A stretch of 33,381 nt of DNA from an uncultured Rikenellaceae bacterium (lineage in GTDB: Bacteria > Bacteroidota > Bacteroidia > Bacteroidales > Tenuifilaceae), in assembly GCA_964563065.1 (NCBI GenBank), contig CAZLXF010000002.1, positions 1 through 33,381 on the forward strand. Reading direction: 5' to 3'. This document shows, in pieces, positions 16,901 to 24,025 of this stretch. The notes below the pieces were generated by a model. The model saw nothing but the letters and a program-made list of their open reading frames with translations. It was not told where the DNA came from and searched no databases. The number at the start of each line of letters is the position of its first letter. Positions within the stretch are counted from its first letter, which is position 1. Both the position numbers and the translations under genes were made by a program.

Positions 16901-17061
16901 CACGAAAATTCTTTTTAGGACAATTCTTCGATACATTTTGGTTCAATATTTGCTTTATGTGGTTTATGTCTATAGTTCTTTACATAACTCTTTACTTTGA
17001 ATCGTTAAAAAAACTGCTAGATCTTTCCTCTAAAATTAAAATACCATGGAGGAAAAAATAA
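13972..17061 (+). CDS. ABCG-type half-transporter (ATPase then ABC-2 permease) with an N-terminal TerB-like helical region and an FHA-like beta module
   Basis: Walker A is GASGAGKTTLLNVLAG, the Q-loop is IPQDD, the signature is ISGGQRKRLNIA, Walker B is ILFVDEPTSGLS and the H-loop is VIHQPS. About 6 TM segments follow. The N-terminal ~160 aa are helical with TerB-like segments (LFAIIAKQDEGVESNERDFV and LFELVNADRKFTDQRMAII). Residues ~175-235 (HLFILQIKSVDLYFLRYTGNEDIFLNGLPI...IYLFASGSSIKL) resemble the C-terminal half of an FHA fold. Confidence 0.85.
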   Translation: MSEEILKALMQLFAIIAKQDEGVESNERDFVVNFLTQQLNDEAVKEYINLFDQHAGLNDEKEEDEGEEGKPKKVKLTSVKDSVKILGICKKINKTLTQEQKVVVLVRLFELVNADRKFTDQRMAIINTVAEVFKLTKEEFQDIENFVINNDPKDLDYASILSIHDQEEHGVHCKHIPTEALNGHLFILQIKSVDLYFLRYTGNEDIFLNGLPINHKRIYLFASGSSIKLPKGKPVYYTDVVAHYLADLSATRICYNVQDVGFQFKSGDIGLRNISFKEEHGKLIGIMGASGAGKTTLLNVLAGVEKPTSGKVLINGFDLHNEKDKIEGVIGLIPQDDLLIEELTVFQNLYYNAKLCFKDKTEEELVAQVEKTLNSLGLLERKDLKVGSPMNKMISGGQRKRLNIALELIREPSILFVDEPTSGLSSRDSENVMDLLRELTLKGKLIFVVIHQPSSDIYKMFDNMAILDTGGYLIYYGNPVEAVMYFKRLDMQINSDVGECPTCGNVNPELIFNIIEAKVVDEFGRYTPIRKVSPPKWEDYYKDNIKLREVTDETEPPPKSLDIPSAFKQFLIYTTRDFLSKVSNTQYIVLNLLETPILGFILAFVIRYIADPNSNIYIFRENENIPIYIFMALIVALFIGLTVSAEEIFRDRKILKREAFLNLSRTSYLFSKISILVVLSAIQSITFVLIANGILQLKGMNFEYWLVLFSTAVFANLLGLNISATFNSAVTIYIVIPLLMIPMMVLSGAMFSFEKLNRAVGSFSRVPVIAEFMVTKWGYEALVVRQYKDNDFQKNFYEIEKVERNANYKTVYYIPEIEKKVLETLDFLEKTDIETQQRLKEDLGTIHKAIFTETNYLAPGVPFSFIDSININSYSFETAYAIIDYLDALKNHYSKIFQGANQKRDRIINHLVSTNPKLYEAKRRAYHNESIADLAEKVFEKNKILLYKDEFVQQYDPIYRDPLPRHALDFRSHFLAPRKFFLGQFFDTFWFNICFMWFMSIVLYITLYFESLKKLLDLSSKIKIPWRKK

Positions 17062-17117
17062 TTTTTTTTTATATATTTACTTGTTTAGAATTATAGTTTA
17101 ATACAAAAAACAAAGTT

Positions 17118-18029
17118 ATGGCAAGGATCATTCCAGTACTTCTAATAATATCTGTGTTACTGTCATCATGCAGGTCATGCAATAAAGATCAGGATGCTAA
17201 CAAGGAGTTTGATATCCCCGAAGAATTAATGAGCGATGAACAACCGCTACCAGTTTCCTCGGAAGTAATTGACGAGATAGTACAAAACGTTTCTTCGCCT
17301 GTTGAAACTGCGGCTCTTATCAAGGGTTTAAAAGTTCCGTTTAACAAGGACTATATGGCCACTACCGGTAGCGCCAAGAACATGAACACAAGTTTCCAAA
17401 AAGCGTTAGGGCTTGGCATATACGGAGCCGACCTAGGTTACCTAAACATGTATGAAAAAACAACTGTTGTAATTGACTACATATCTACGGTAAAGGAACT
17501 TGCCGATGGAATTCAAGTAGGTCAGTTTTTCGACTTCAACACCCTCCGTCGAATTGCTACAAACAAGGAGAACCTAGATTCATTGATGCTTATTTCTCAG
17601 CAAAGTTTCAATAAAATTGACAGCTACCTTCGAGAAACCAACCGTGCAAGCCTTAGCGTTGTTATTATTGCAGGCGTTTGGCTTGAGGGTCTTTACCTTT
17701 CTACCAGAGTTGCACAGGACGCAAATCACCCTCGAATTAACGAAACCATTGGTGAGCAAAAGGTTATTATGGGAACCTTAATGGCTCTTCTAAACAACTA
17801 CAAACGCGACCCCAACATTGCATCCTTAATTTCTGATTTTGAAGAAATTAAGGATCTATATAAAGATGTAACTATTACATACGAAATTGGAGGGGAACCA
17901 ACTCCCGTTGTAAAAGATGGTGTTCTCACTTTTACTCAAAATGATGTCCAAACCATTACAATGTCCGACGAAACGCTACAGGCCATTATTACAAAGGTGC
18001 AAACGTTAAGAAACAAATTAATTAGTTAA
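17118..18029 (+). CDS. Lipoprotein of unknown family
   Basis: The signal peptide carries a lipobox (VLLSSC). The mature part is predicted mostly helical. I recognise no motif. Confidence 0.65.
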   Translation: MARIIPVLLIISVLLSSCRSCNKDQDANKEFDIPEELMSDEQPLPVSSEVIDEIVQNVSSPVETAALIKGLKVPFNKDYMATTGSAKNMNTSFQKALGLGIYGADLGYLNMYEKTTVVIDYISTVKELADGIQVGQFFDFNTLRRIATNKENLDSLMLISQQSFNKIDSYLRETNRASLSVVIIAGVWLEGLYLSTRVAQDANHPRINETIGEQKVIMGTLMALLNNYKRDPNIASLISDFEEIKDLYKDVTITYEIGGEPTPVVKDGVLTFTQNDVQTITMSDETLQAIITKVQTLRNKLIS

Positions 18030-18048
18030 TCAGCGAAATTTAAAGGCT

Positions 18049-18486
18049 ATGAAAAACACATATTTAATTCTACTACTTACATTTTTTCTCTCCGGGGCCT
18101 CATCAATAACCTTTGCTCAATCGGAAGATGATTTAGTTGAAATCTGTGGAATGATTGCACAGGATGCAACCTACCTAAAAGATTTTAAGGTTAGGCTTGA
18201 TGCAGGAAATCCGCCACCAGTTCAACGTTTCTCTGTAATTCTGAAGAAAGGTATTAAGTACAGATTTTCCGTGTGCAACTCAAAGGATTACGAAGGAAAA
18301 GTTGTTCTTCAACTACTCGACAACAATCGCTTGCTAGCAACCACGCACGTTGTTGCCAGTGGTCAGGATTACCCATCAATTGATTATGTTTGTACAAAAA
18401 CTGGAGCTTACCACCTCTTTTTCAACTTTAAGGACGGAAAACCTGGATTGGCTGTGGGGCTACTTTCGCTGGTTGAAACCATATAG
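18049..18486 (+). CDS. Small secreted protein of unknown family
   Basis: The signal peptide is MKNTYLILLLTFFLSGASSITFAQ. The mature domain is beta-rich and about 120 aa, with 3 Cys. It is the last gene before a terminator. Confidence 0.6.
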   Translation: MKNTYLILLLTFFLSGASSITFAQSEDDLVEICGMIAQDATYLKDFKVRLDAGNPPPVQRFSVILKKGIKYRFSVCNSKDYEGKVVLQLLDNNRLLATTHVVASGQDYPSIDYVCTKTGAYHLFFNFKDGKPGLAVGLLSLVETI

Positions 18487-18507
18487 CCTTAATACAAATA
18501 TTAAGAA

Positions 18508-18535
18508 AGGGGTGCTTTTTGTGTACCCCTTTTTC
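18508..18535 (+). terminator. Rho-independent terminator ending the 4826-18486 gene string
   Basis: AGGGGT (18508-18513) pairs with ACCCCT (18525-18530), followed by a T-run. Confidence 0.6.
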
Positions 18536-18561
18536 GTTTAATAGAACTCTTATGCTATAAA

Positions 18562-18599
18562 AAACAAAAAAACCTGAAAAATCAATTTCAGGTTTTTTT
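18562..18599. terminator. Bidirectional-looking hairpin downstream of tRNA-Asn
   Basis: AACCTGAAA (18571-18579) pairs with TTTCAGGTT (18586-18594). An A-run flanks it on the left and a T7 run on the right. Confidence 0.55.
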
Positions 18600-18600
18600 G

Positions 18601-18674
18601 CTCCTCATCTAGGACTTGAACCTAGGACCCCCTGATTAACAGTCAGGTGCTCTAACCAACTGAGCTAATGAGGA
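18601..18674 (-). tRNA. tRNA-Asn (anticodon GTT)
   Basis: The minus strand reads TCCTCAT-TA-GCTC-AGTTGGTTA-GAGC-A-CCTGA-CTGTTAA-TCAGG-GGGTC-CTAGG-TTCAAGT-CCTAG-ATGAGGA-G. This folds into a 74-nt cloverleaf with a 7-bp acceptor stem and GTT in the anticodon loop. CCA is not encoded. Confidence 0.93.
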
Positions 18675-18800
18675 ATATGTGTTACAACAGATAAAACTCG
18701 TTCGTTTTGCGAGTGCAAATATACAAGCTTTTACTATTTGCACAAATTTTTTTGAAAAATTTATTCTGCTCTTTTTCCTTTTGAATAACCTTTAAAAAAC

Positions 18801-18808
18801 TACTTTTG
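18801..18808 (+). promoter_or_regulatory. Bacteroidota -7 box
   Basis: TACTTTTG lies 25 nt upstream of the ATG at 18833. Confidence 0.35.
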
Positions 18809-18832
18809 TGATTATAACATAAATACATAAAA

Positions 18833-19831
18833 ATGACGAAAATTTTAGCTATAGGAAATGCGCTGGTTGATGTTATGACCTCGCTTGAAAACGACTTGCT
18901 TCTCGAAAAATTAAACCTTCCGAAGGGTAGCATGCAGCTTGTTGATGATGCCACAATCGCAAAAGCAATGGAATCGACTAGGGGTTTAAAACAGGTTTTG
19001 GCCACTGGTGGAAGTGCCGCTAACACAACCAACGGGTTATCGAACCTTGGGATAGAAACATCATTTATTGGAAAGGTTGGTCAAGACGAGCTAGGCGATT
19101 TTTTTCGTGATGACATGAAAAAGAATGGCATAAACCCGATGCTGTTAAAGGGGAAATCGCCTACAGGTAAAGCCTTAGCACTTGTTTCGCCCGATTCAGA
19201 AAGAACTTTTGCAGTTAACCTCGGCGCTGCCATTGAAATGGTTCCCAGCGACCTAACCGAAGAAATGTTTAAAGGATACAACTACTTTCACATTGAAGGT
19301 TATTTGGTACAGAACCATAGTTTAATTGAAAAAGCATTAATTCTTGCGAAGAATGCGGGACTTGAAGTATCGCTCGACATGGCAAGTTTTAATGTTGTTG
19401 AGGCAAACCGTGATTTCTTGAAAAAAATAATTACGAACTACGTCGACATTGTTTTTGCAAACGAGGACGAATCGAAAGCATTCACCGGCTTGTCTCCCGA
19501 AGATTCGTTAGATGCTTTCGCTGAATTGGTGAAGATTGCTGTTGTTAAAGTTGGGTCGAAAGGTTCTATGATAAAATCTGGAAATGAAGTGCACAAAGTT
19601 GGCGTTATAAAAGCCAACCCTATTGATAGCACTGGTGCTGGTGATTTATACGCGTCGGGGTTTCTTTATGGTCTTTCAAAAGGATTAGGCTTAAAGCAGT
19701 GCGGTTCAATTGGGGCAGTGCTTTCCGGAAAGGTGATTGAAGTAATGGGGCCTAAGATGACACCCAATATCTGGGAAAATGTAACCGATTTAGTTAATCG
19801 TATTATTGCTGGCGAACAAATAGTGAATTAA
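18833..19831 (+). CDS. PfkB-family carbohydrate/nucleoside kinase (adenosine-kinase-like)
   Basis: The N-terminus is ILAIGNALVDV. GGSAANT is present. The C-terminal PfkB signature is DSTGAGDLYASGFLYG. Confidence 0.85.
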   Translation: MTKILAIGNALVDVMTSLENDLLLEKLNLPKGSMQLVDDATIAKAMESTRGLKQVLATGGSAANTTNGLSNLGIETSFIGKVGQDELGDFFRDDMKKNGINPMLLKGKSPTGKALALVSPDSERTFAVNLGAAIEMVPSDLTEEMFKGYNYFHIEGYLVQNHSLIEKALILAKNAGLEVSLDMASFNVVEANRDFLKKIITNYVDIVFANEDESKAFTGLSPEDSLDAFAELVKIAVVKVGSKGSMIKSGNEVHKVGVIKANPIDSTGAGDLYASGFLYGLSKGLGLKQCGSIGAVLSGKVIEVMGPKMTPNIWENVTDLVNRIIAGEQIVN

Positions 19832-20367
19832 TTGGTAAAACCCATTTCTGGTATTTCGCACCAGAAACGCCAAGGTTTATTTGCCCATACTGGCCCTGCA
19901 TAGTCAACACCTATGCGGGGTCCTTTATTTATAGAAACTTTCATCCCAGATTCAAACACCCAAATTCTTCGGGAGGTCATCAGGTCTTCTCCATAAAATG
20001 ATTTATCAATTTCCAGCAATCGCGATACTCTTCCTGGTCCTGTAACATTTTTCACGCCTCTAATCAAAATTGCCTGAGGATTATCGACCTCACCTGTTAC
20101 AAAGTTTAACATCCAGTGAATACCGTAAATAAAGTAAACATAAACTAACCCTCCTTTCTGGTACATAACTTCGGTACGGGATGTTCTCCCTTTGCTTGCA
20201 TGGCAAGCCTTATCCTCAAATCCACGGTAAGCCTCAACCTCTGTAATCAAATAGGTTTCAAGTCGCTTGTTCCCGAAGCTTCTGGCAATATATTTCCCAA
20301 GAAGTTCTGGAGCAACCGTTAACACATCGCGCTGAAAGAAAGATGAATCAAGCCTTGAGTTCTTCAT
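19828..20367 (-). CDS. mpg: DNA-3-methyladenine glycosylase (Mpg/AAG family)
   Basis: From the internal ATG the product reads MKNSRLDSSFFQRDVLTVAPELLGKYI...ITEVEAYRG.EDKACHASKGRT.RTEVMY..GG.VYVYFIYGIHWMLNFV. This is the MPG-family pattern. The longer ORF-track start would extend deep into the upstream gene. Confidence 0.85.
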   Translation of the reverse strand: MKNSRLDSSFFQRDVLTVAPELLGKYIARSFGNKRLETYLITEVEAYRGFEDKACHASKGRTSRTEVMYQKGGLVYVYFIYGIHWMLNFVTGEVDNPQAILIRGVKNVTGPGRVSRLLEIDKSFYGEDLMTSRRIWVFESGMKVSINKGPRIGVDYAGPVWANKPWRFWCEIPEMGFTN

Positions 20368-21955
20368 TAGAATTAAGAATTGACTGGTTTGATTCTTTTG
20401 AAAAAACAGTAATTCCGTAGAAGAGTGAAGCCAAACAAACACCAACGTGAGTTTGGAACGTATCCTCATTAAGCATGGAGAGGGTAAGGATGAAGAATAT
20501 TGACAAGCTTATAAAATCGAGATGTCTTTTCTCTCGAAAAAAAGGTACAAACCAGCCAATCATAAAGGCTAGGCAACCCAAAAAACCAGTCGCCACGCAT
20601 TGGGTAAGATACTGATTGTGGCTAAGGTACCAGTAGGGTTTCCCTAAGTTTGGTTCATTTTTCTCGTAATAATCGATGAATGAATCGGCCAAATCGCCTG
20701 TACCAACACCAAACCAAAAATTTTCACCTATAATATTTATGGCCGCTTTAATGTAAATATAACGCTGTACAAACGGACTTCCACTTACCTGCCCAAGATT
20801 CAAATACTGATCGATTTCCCATAGAAACTGATACATTCTAGGATAAATTCCAAAACGATGCTGCTTAAAGATTATGCTAGTTACCCCCGATTCAATTAAT
20901 TCAACATCAACTTCATCGAGTTTTGATATTCCAACCGAATCCTTTGTTAATCCCATCGATGATAGATAACGAATGAGCGTTGAATTAATCGGTTGTCCCA
21001 TTCTATCGTTTTCACTGAAAGGAATCTCACTTATCTTATTCCATTCAGAGTTTAACTCACCCCAGCATATGTTTAACCAAACCGCATAGCCATTTTCATA
21101 CTGCACTTTATGTATGTCGTGGAAGTATTGATTTCCGTTAACAGTAACTGAACGAAGGCTTTCGAAATCAACGGAGTATCTTGTAAAAAACTTATCAATT
21201 TGATGGGCAGTAAACGAAGCAACAAAAAGGAAAGAACAGCATAGAAGAACTAGCAACGCAAATCGTCCGATTACGTTCCTTATTGTAAATATCGAAATCA
21301 TTAAGAAAAAAAGTGTGGTTGAAACCAGAATAACAATTGCTGTTAACGACTGAAGAATCAGCACGAAAAAGAGGAACCAACCTATCGTGAATAAAAAAAC
21401 CCATCGAACATTCTTACTTAAAAAAGAGGGTGACTTTACAAAGTAAAAAACGCAAATAAAAAGAGCAATATTTACCATTAACCCAAACCTTATATGGGAA
21501 ATGAAGGGAGAAATTTCGCGAACGTTGGCTCCACCCAAATAAAAATATTTAAAAAAAAGAAAAGTGCTATAAAAAGAAGCTACTAATACTGAAAGAACGA
21601 AAATTGAAAGAATGTAAAATAGTTCCTTACTGCTTAAAGGTTTTGATGTGGCAAACACTAATGGCAGGATTAGCAAAGGAAGTTTCAAACGAAGCTCCGA
21701 TAAACCATAAGCAAAGTTGGAGGTATAAAACATGCCAACCAACAATGGTAAGTAAATTACCAGGAAAAAAAGAGACGATTTACTCCTAATTAGCAGATTC
21801 ATCTTTTGTTTAAACCTACCTTCTAAAACCCAGTTTACAGCAAGAGCAATTACTCCAACACTCAAAGCGTACTCAGAAAATGGTAAACTAATGAGCGATA
21901 TGACTAAAAACAAAAAAAATAGATTCCTGTGGATCGGTTCACTAAAAATGCTCAT
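20348..21955 (-). CDS. O-antigen ligase / Wzy_C-like polytopic membrane protein
   Basis: The 535-aa product has about 10-12 TM segments. A large soluble loop sits in the middle. The C-terminal part (HNQYLTQCVATGFLG) is typical of O-antigen-polymerase/ligase-like proteins. Confidence 0.65.
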   Translation of the reverse strand: MSIFSEPIHRNLFFLFLVISLISLPFSEYALSVGVIALAVNWVLEGRFKQKMNLLIRSKSSLFFLVIYLPLLVGMFYTSNFAYGLSELRLKLPLLILPLVFATSKPLSSKELFYILSIFVLSVLVASFYSTFLFFKYFYLGGANVREISPFISHIRFGLMVNIALFICVFYFVKSPSFLSKNVRWVFLFTIGWFLFFVLILQSLTAIVILVSTTLFFLMISIFTIRNVIGRFALLVLLCCSFLFVASFTAHQIDKFFTRYSVDFESLRSVTVNGNQYFHDIHKVQYENGYAVWLNICWGELNSEWNKISEIPFSENDRMGQPINSTLIRYLSSMGLTKDSVGISKLDEVDVELIESGVTSIIFKQHRFGIYPRMYQFLWEIDQYLNLGQVSGSPFVQRYIYIKAAINIIGENFWFGVGTGDLADSFIDYYEKNEPNLGKPYWYLSHNQYLTQCVATGFLGCLAFMIGWFVPFFREKRHLDFISLSIFFILTLSMLNEDTFQTHVGVCLASLFYGITVFSKESNQSILNSNEELKA

Positions 21956-21977
21956 AATTGGGTATTAAAAATCCTTT

Positions 21978-21985
21978 CAAAGGTA
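21978..21985 (-). promoter_or_regulatory. Bacteroidota -7 box
   Basis: The minus strand reads TACCTTTG, 23 nt upstream of the ATG at 21955. Confidence 0.35.
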
Positions 21986-22078
21986 GAAAAAATCTCTTTT
22001 TTTCAATCATCACAAAAAATGAGCCTGTTGCAAAAAAAATAAATTTACGGTAAGTATTGTAGTTTAAATAAATAGCTG

Positions 22079-22086
22079 TATTTTTG
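22079..22086 (+). promoter_or_regulatory. Bacteroidota -7 box for the rplM-rpsI operon
   Basis: TATTTTTG lies about 70 nt upstream of the rplM GTG start. Confidence 0.3.
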
Positions 22087-22155
22087 CAACCCGCTTATCA
22101 TAGCCGTTTGGATCACGGTAAAAAAAGGTATTAACTAAAAACAAAGGAAAGAGAC

Positions 22156-22611
22156 GTGGACACACTAAGCTACAAAACTGTATCGGCCAACGATGCCACC
22201 GTTAACAAAGAGTGGATTATGGTTGATGCTACCAACGAGGTTTTGGGGCGACTGGCCAGCAAAGTAGCAAAAATGCTACGCGGCAAGTACAAGCCAAGCT
22301 TCACACCACACGTTGACTGTGGTGATAACGTTATCGTTATCAATGCCGAGAGGGTACGCTTAACCGGTAAAAAACTTACCGACAAGCAGTACGTACACTA
22401 CACTGGTTATCCGGGAGGACAACGCTTTGGAACCCCAAAGGAGTGGCTACATCGTAAGCCCGCTGCAGTAATTGAACATGCAGTAAAAGGGATGCTTCCA
22501 AAGAACCGCCTTGGTTCTAAAATTTACGGAAACCTTCATGTATACGCAGGTTCTGAGCACCCACATGAAGCCCAAAAACCAAAGGAAATTAAACTAAACT
22601 CAATTAAATAG
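22156..22611 (+). CDS. rplM: 50S ribosomal protein L13
   Basis: The start is GTG. The N-terminus is MDTLSYKTVSAN....NKEW..VDA....LGRLAS.VAK.LRGK.KP.FTPHVDCGDNVIVINA. Confidence 0.96.
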   Translation: MDTLSYKTVSANDATVNKEWIMVDATNEVLGRLASKVAKMLRGKYKPSFTPHVDCGDNVIVINAERVRLTGKKLTDKQYVHYTGYPGGQRFGTPKEWLHRKPAAVIEHAVKGMLPKNRLGSKIYGNLHVYAGSEHPHEAQKPKEIKLNSIK

Positions 22612-22616
22612 AAGTT

Positions 22617-23003
22617 ATGCAGGTTTACAACGCAACAGGAAGAAGGAAAAGCGCTGTGGCTCGTGTTTACCTCCTCGAAGGCAAAGGAAACATAACCATC
22701 AACGGAAAAGATATTAAGGATTACTTCCCCTCAGAACTTATGCAGTATGTGGTTAAGCAACCTCTTGAAGTTCTGAACCTTTTGGGCAACTACGATGTTA
22801 AAGTTAACGTCGATGGTGGAGGAGTAAAAGGACAAGCCGAGGCTCTCCGTTTGGGCATAGCCCGTGCACTGGTTGAAATCAACCCTGAACACAAACCAAC
22901 CCTTAAGGCAAATGGTTTCATGACTCGCGATCCACGTGAAGTAGAACGTAAGAAACCTGGCCAACCAAAGGCAAGGAAGAGATTCCAGTTCAGCAAACGT
23001 TAA
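22617..23003 (+). CDS. rpsI: 30S ribosomal protein S9
   Basis: The product reads GRRK.AVARV.L..G.G.I.ING...DYF......GGG..GQA.A.R.GI.RAL and ends in ....RKKPGQPKARKRFQFSKR. Confidence 0.96.
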   Translation: MQVYNATGRRKSAVARVYLLEGKGNITINGKDIKDYFPSELMQYVVKQPLEVLNLLGNYDVKVNVDGGGVKGQAEALRLGIARALVEINPEHKPTLKANGFMTRDPREVERKKPGQPKARKRFQFSKR

Positions 23004-23112
23004 AATATTACTATTCATTTGGCAAACAGCTTACGCTGTAAATTGTTAGGACTTTCTTTTCAGAAGCTACCTAACGATTGCCATAATTTACAAACAATCA
23101 ATTTAAACTAAA

Positions 23113-23985
23113 ATGCCAAGAACCGATTTTAAAGAATTACTCGACGCTGGTGTACACTTTGGTCACCTTAAGCGCAAGTGGAATCCTAAAATGGCTCCCT
23201 ACATCTTCATGGAACGCAATGGGATCCATATTATTGACCTGCAGAAAACTGCAATAAAAGTTGAAGAAGCTGCCTCGGCTGTTAAGCAAATTGCCAAGTC
23301 GGGTCGTAAAGTACTTTTTGTTGCCACAAAAAAACAGGCAAAGGAAATTGTTTCCGAAAGAGTTAAGCAAGTTAACATGCCATACGTTACTGAGCGCTGG
23401 CCAGGTGGTATGCTCACCAACTTCCCCACAATCCGTAAGGCAGTTAAAAAAATGTCGTCAATTGATAAGATGTTAACCGACGGCACTTTCGATAACCTCT
23501 CAAAACGCGAGAAGCTACAAATTACTCGTCAGCGTGCTAAACTAGAAAAGAACCTTGGATCGATTGTAGATCTAAACCGTTTGCCTGCTGCACTTTTTGT
23601 TGTTGACGTACAGAAAGAATACATTGCTGTTAGAGAAGCAAAAAAATTGAATATCCCGGTATTTGCAATGGTTGATACCTGCTGTGATCCAACACCCATC
23701 GATTTTGTGATTCCGGCCAATGACGATGCTTCCAAGTCAATTTCTCTAATTGTCGACATCATGTCAAAAGCTATCGAGGAAGGTTTGAACGAACGTAAGG
23801 CGGAGAAGGAGAAAGAACCTACCAGTCAAGATAACGATGATTCTGATGTTCAGCCAAAAGTTGCACGCACAAGGGCAAGAAAAGGGCCAAAAACCGAGAA
23901 GCCAAAAGCACCTGTTGCAAAAAAGCAAGATGATGAAAACGTTGAGGCTAAAGAGGCTGACGACAAAAAACCAGCCGAAGAATAG
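23113..23985 (+). CDS. rpsB: 30S ribosomal protein S2, with a charged low-complexity C-terminal tail
   Basis: The product reads LLDAGVHFGH.KRKWNPKM.PYIF..RNGIHIIDL.KT....EEA...ERW.GGMLTN. The tail from about 23788 is K/E/D/P-rich. Confidence 0.96.
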   Translation: MPRTDFKELLDAGVHFGHLKRKWNPKMAPYIFMERNGIHIIDLQKTAIKVEEAASAVKQIAKSGRKVLFVATKKQAKEIVSERVKQVNMPYVTERWPGGMLTNFPTIRKAVKKMSSIDKMLTDGTFDNLSKREKLQITRQRAKLEKNLGSIVDLNRLPAALFVVDVQKEYIAVREAKKLNIPVFAMVDTCCDPTPIDFVIPANDDASKSISLIVDIMSKAIEEGLNERKAEKEKEPTSQDNDDSDVQPKVARTRARKGPKTEKPKAPVAKKQDDENVEAKEADDKKPAEE

Positions 23986-24025
23986 CATCAAAATCAACAT
24001 AATTTGTAATTAAAATATTTTAAAA

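Noticed and set aside
4546-18674. The possibility that the sensory cluster is a genomic island integrated at tRNA-Asn, whose 3' end faces the cluster.
   Set aside because: There is no integrase, transposase or excisionase. I could not find a direct repeat of the tRNA 3' half at the far boundary (4546-4825). Base composition looks the same as in the flanks by eye. A proper k-mer/GC-skew calculation and a repeat search would be needed to exclude it fully.
18682-19032. A 116-aa minus-strand ORF between tRNA-Asn and the PfkB kinase gene.
   Set aside because: It overlaps the kinase start and its TACTTTTG promoter box in antisense. Its composition is not protein-like and it has no motif.
22027-22090. 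A 10-bp inverted repeat, GTTGCAAAAA (22027-22036) and TTTTTGCAAC (22081-22090), in the ligase/rplM divergent intergenic region. It overlaps the rplM -7 box.
   Set aside because: The arms are half homopolymer A/T in an AT-rich spacer, and the 44-nt loop makes a stable structure doubtful. It is probably chance. Only conservation in related genomes would make it interesting.
23004-23112. Small hairpins (CAGC-ttac-GCTG and GTTAGG...CCTAAC) in the rpsI-rpsB spacer. They could be an S2 autoregulatory leader or a terminator.
   Set aside because: The stems are short (4-6 bp), there is no T-run, and I cannot match them to a known ribosomal-protein leader by eye. A covariance-model search would decide.
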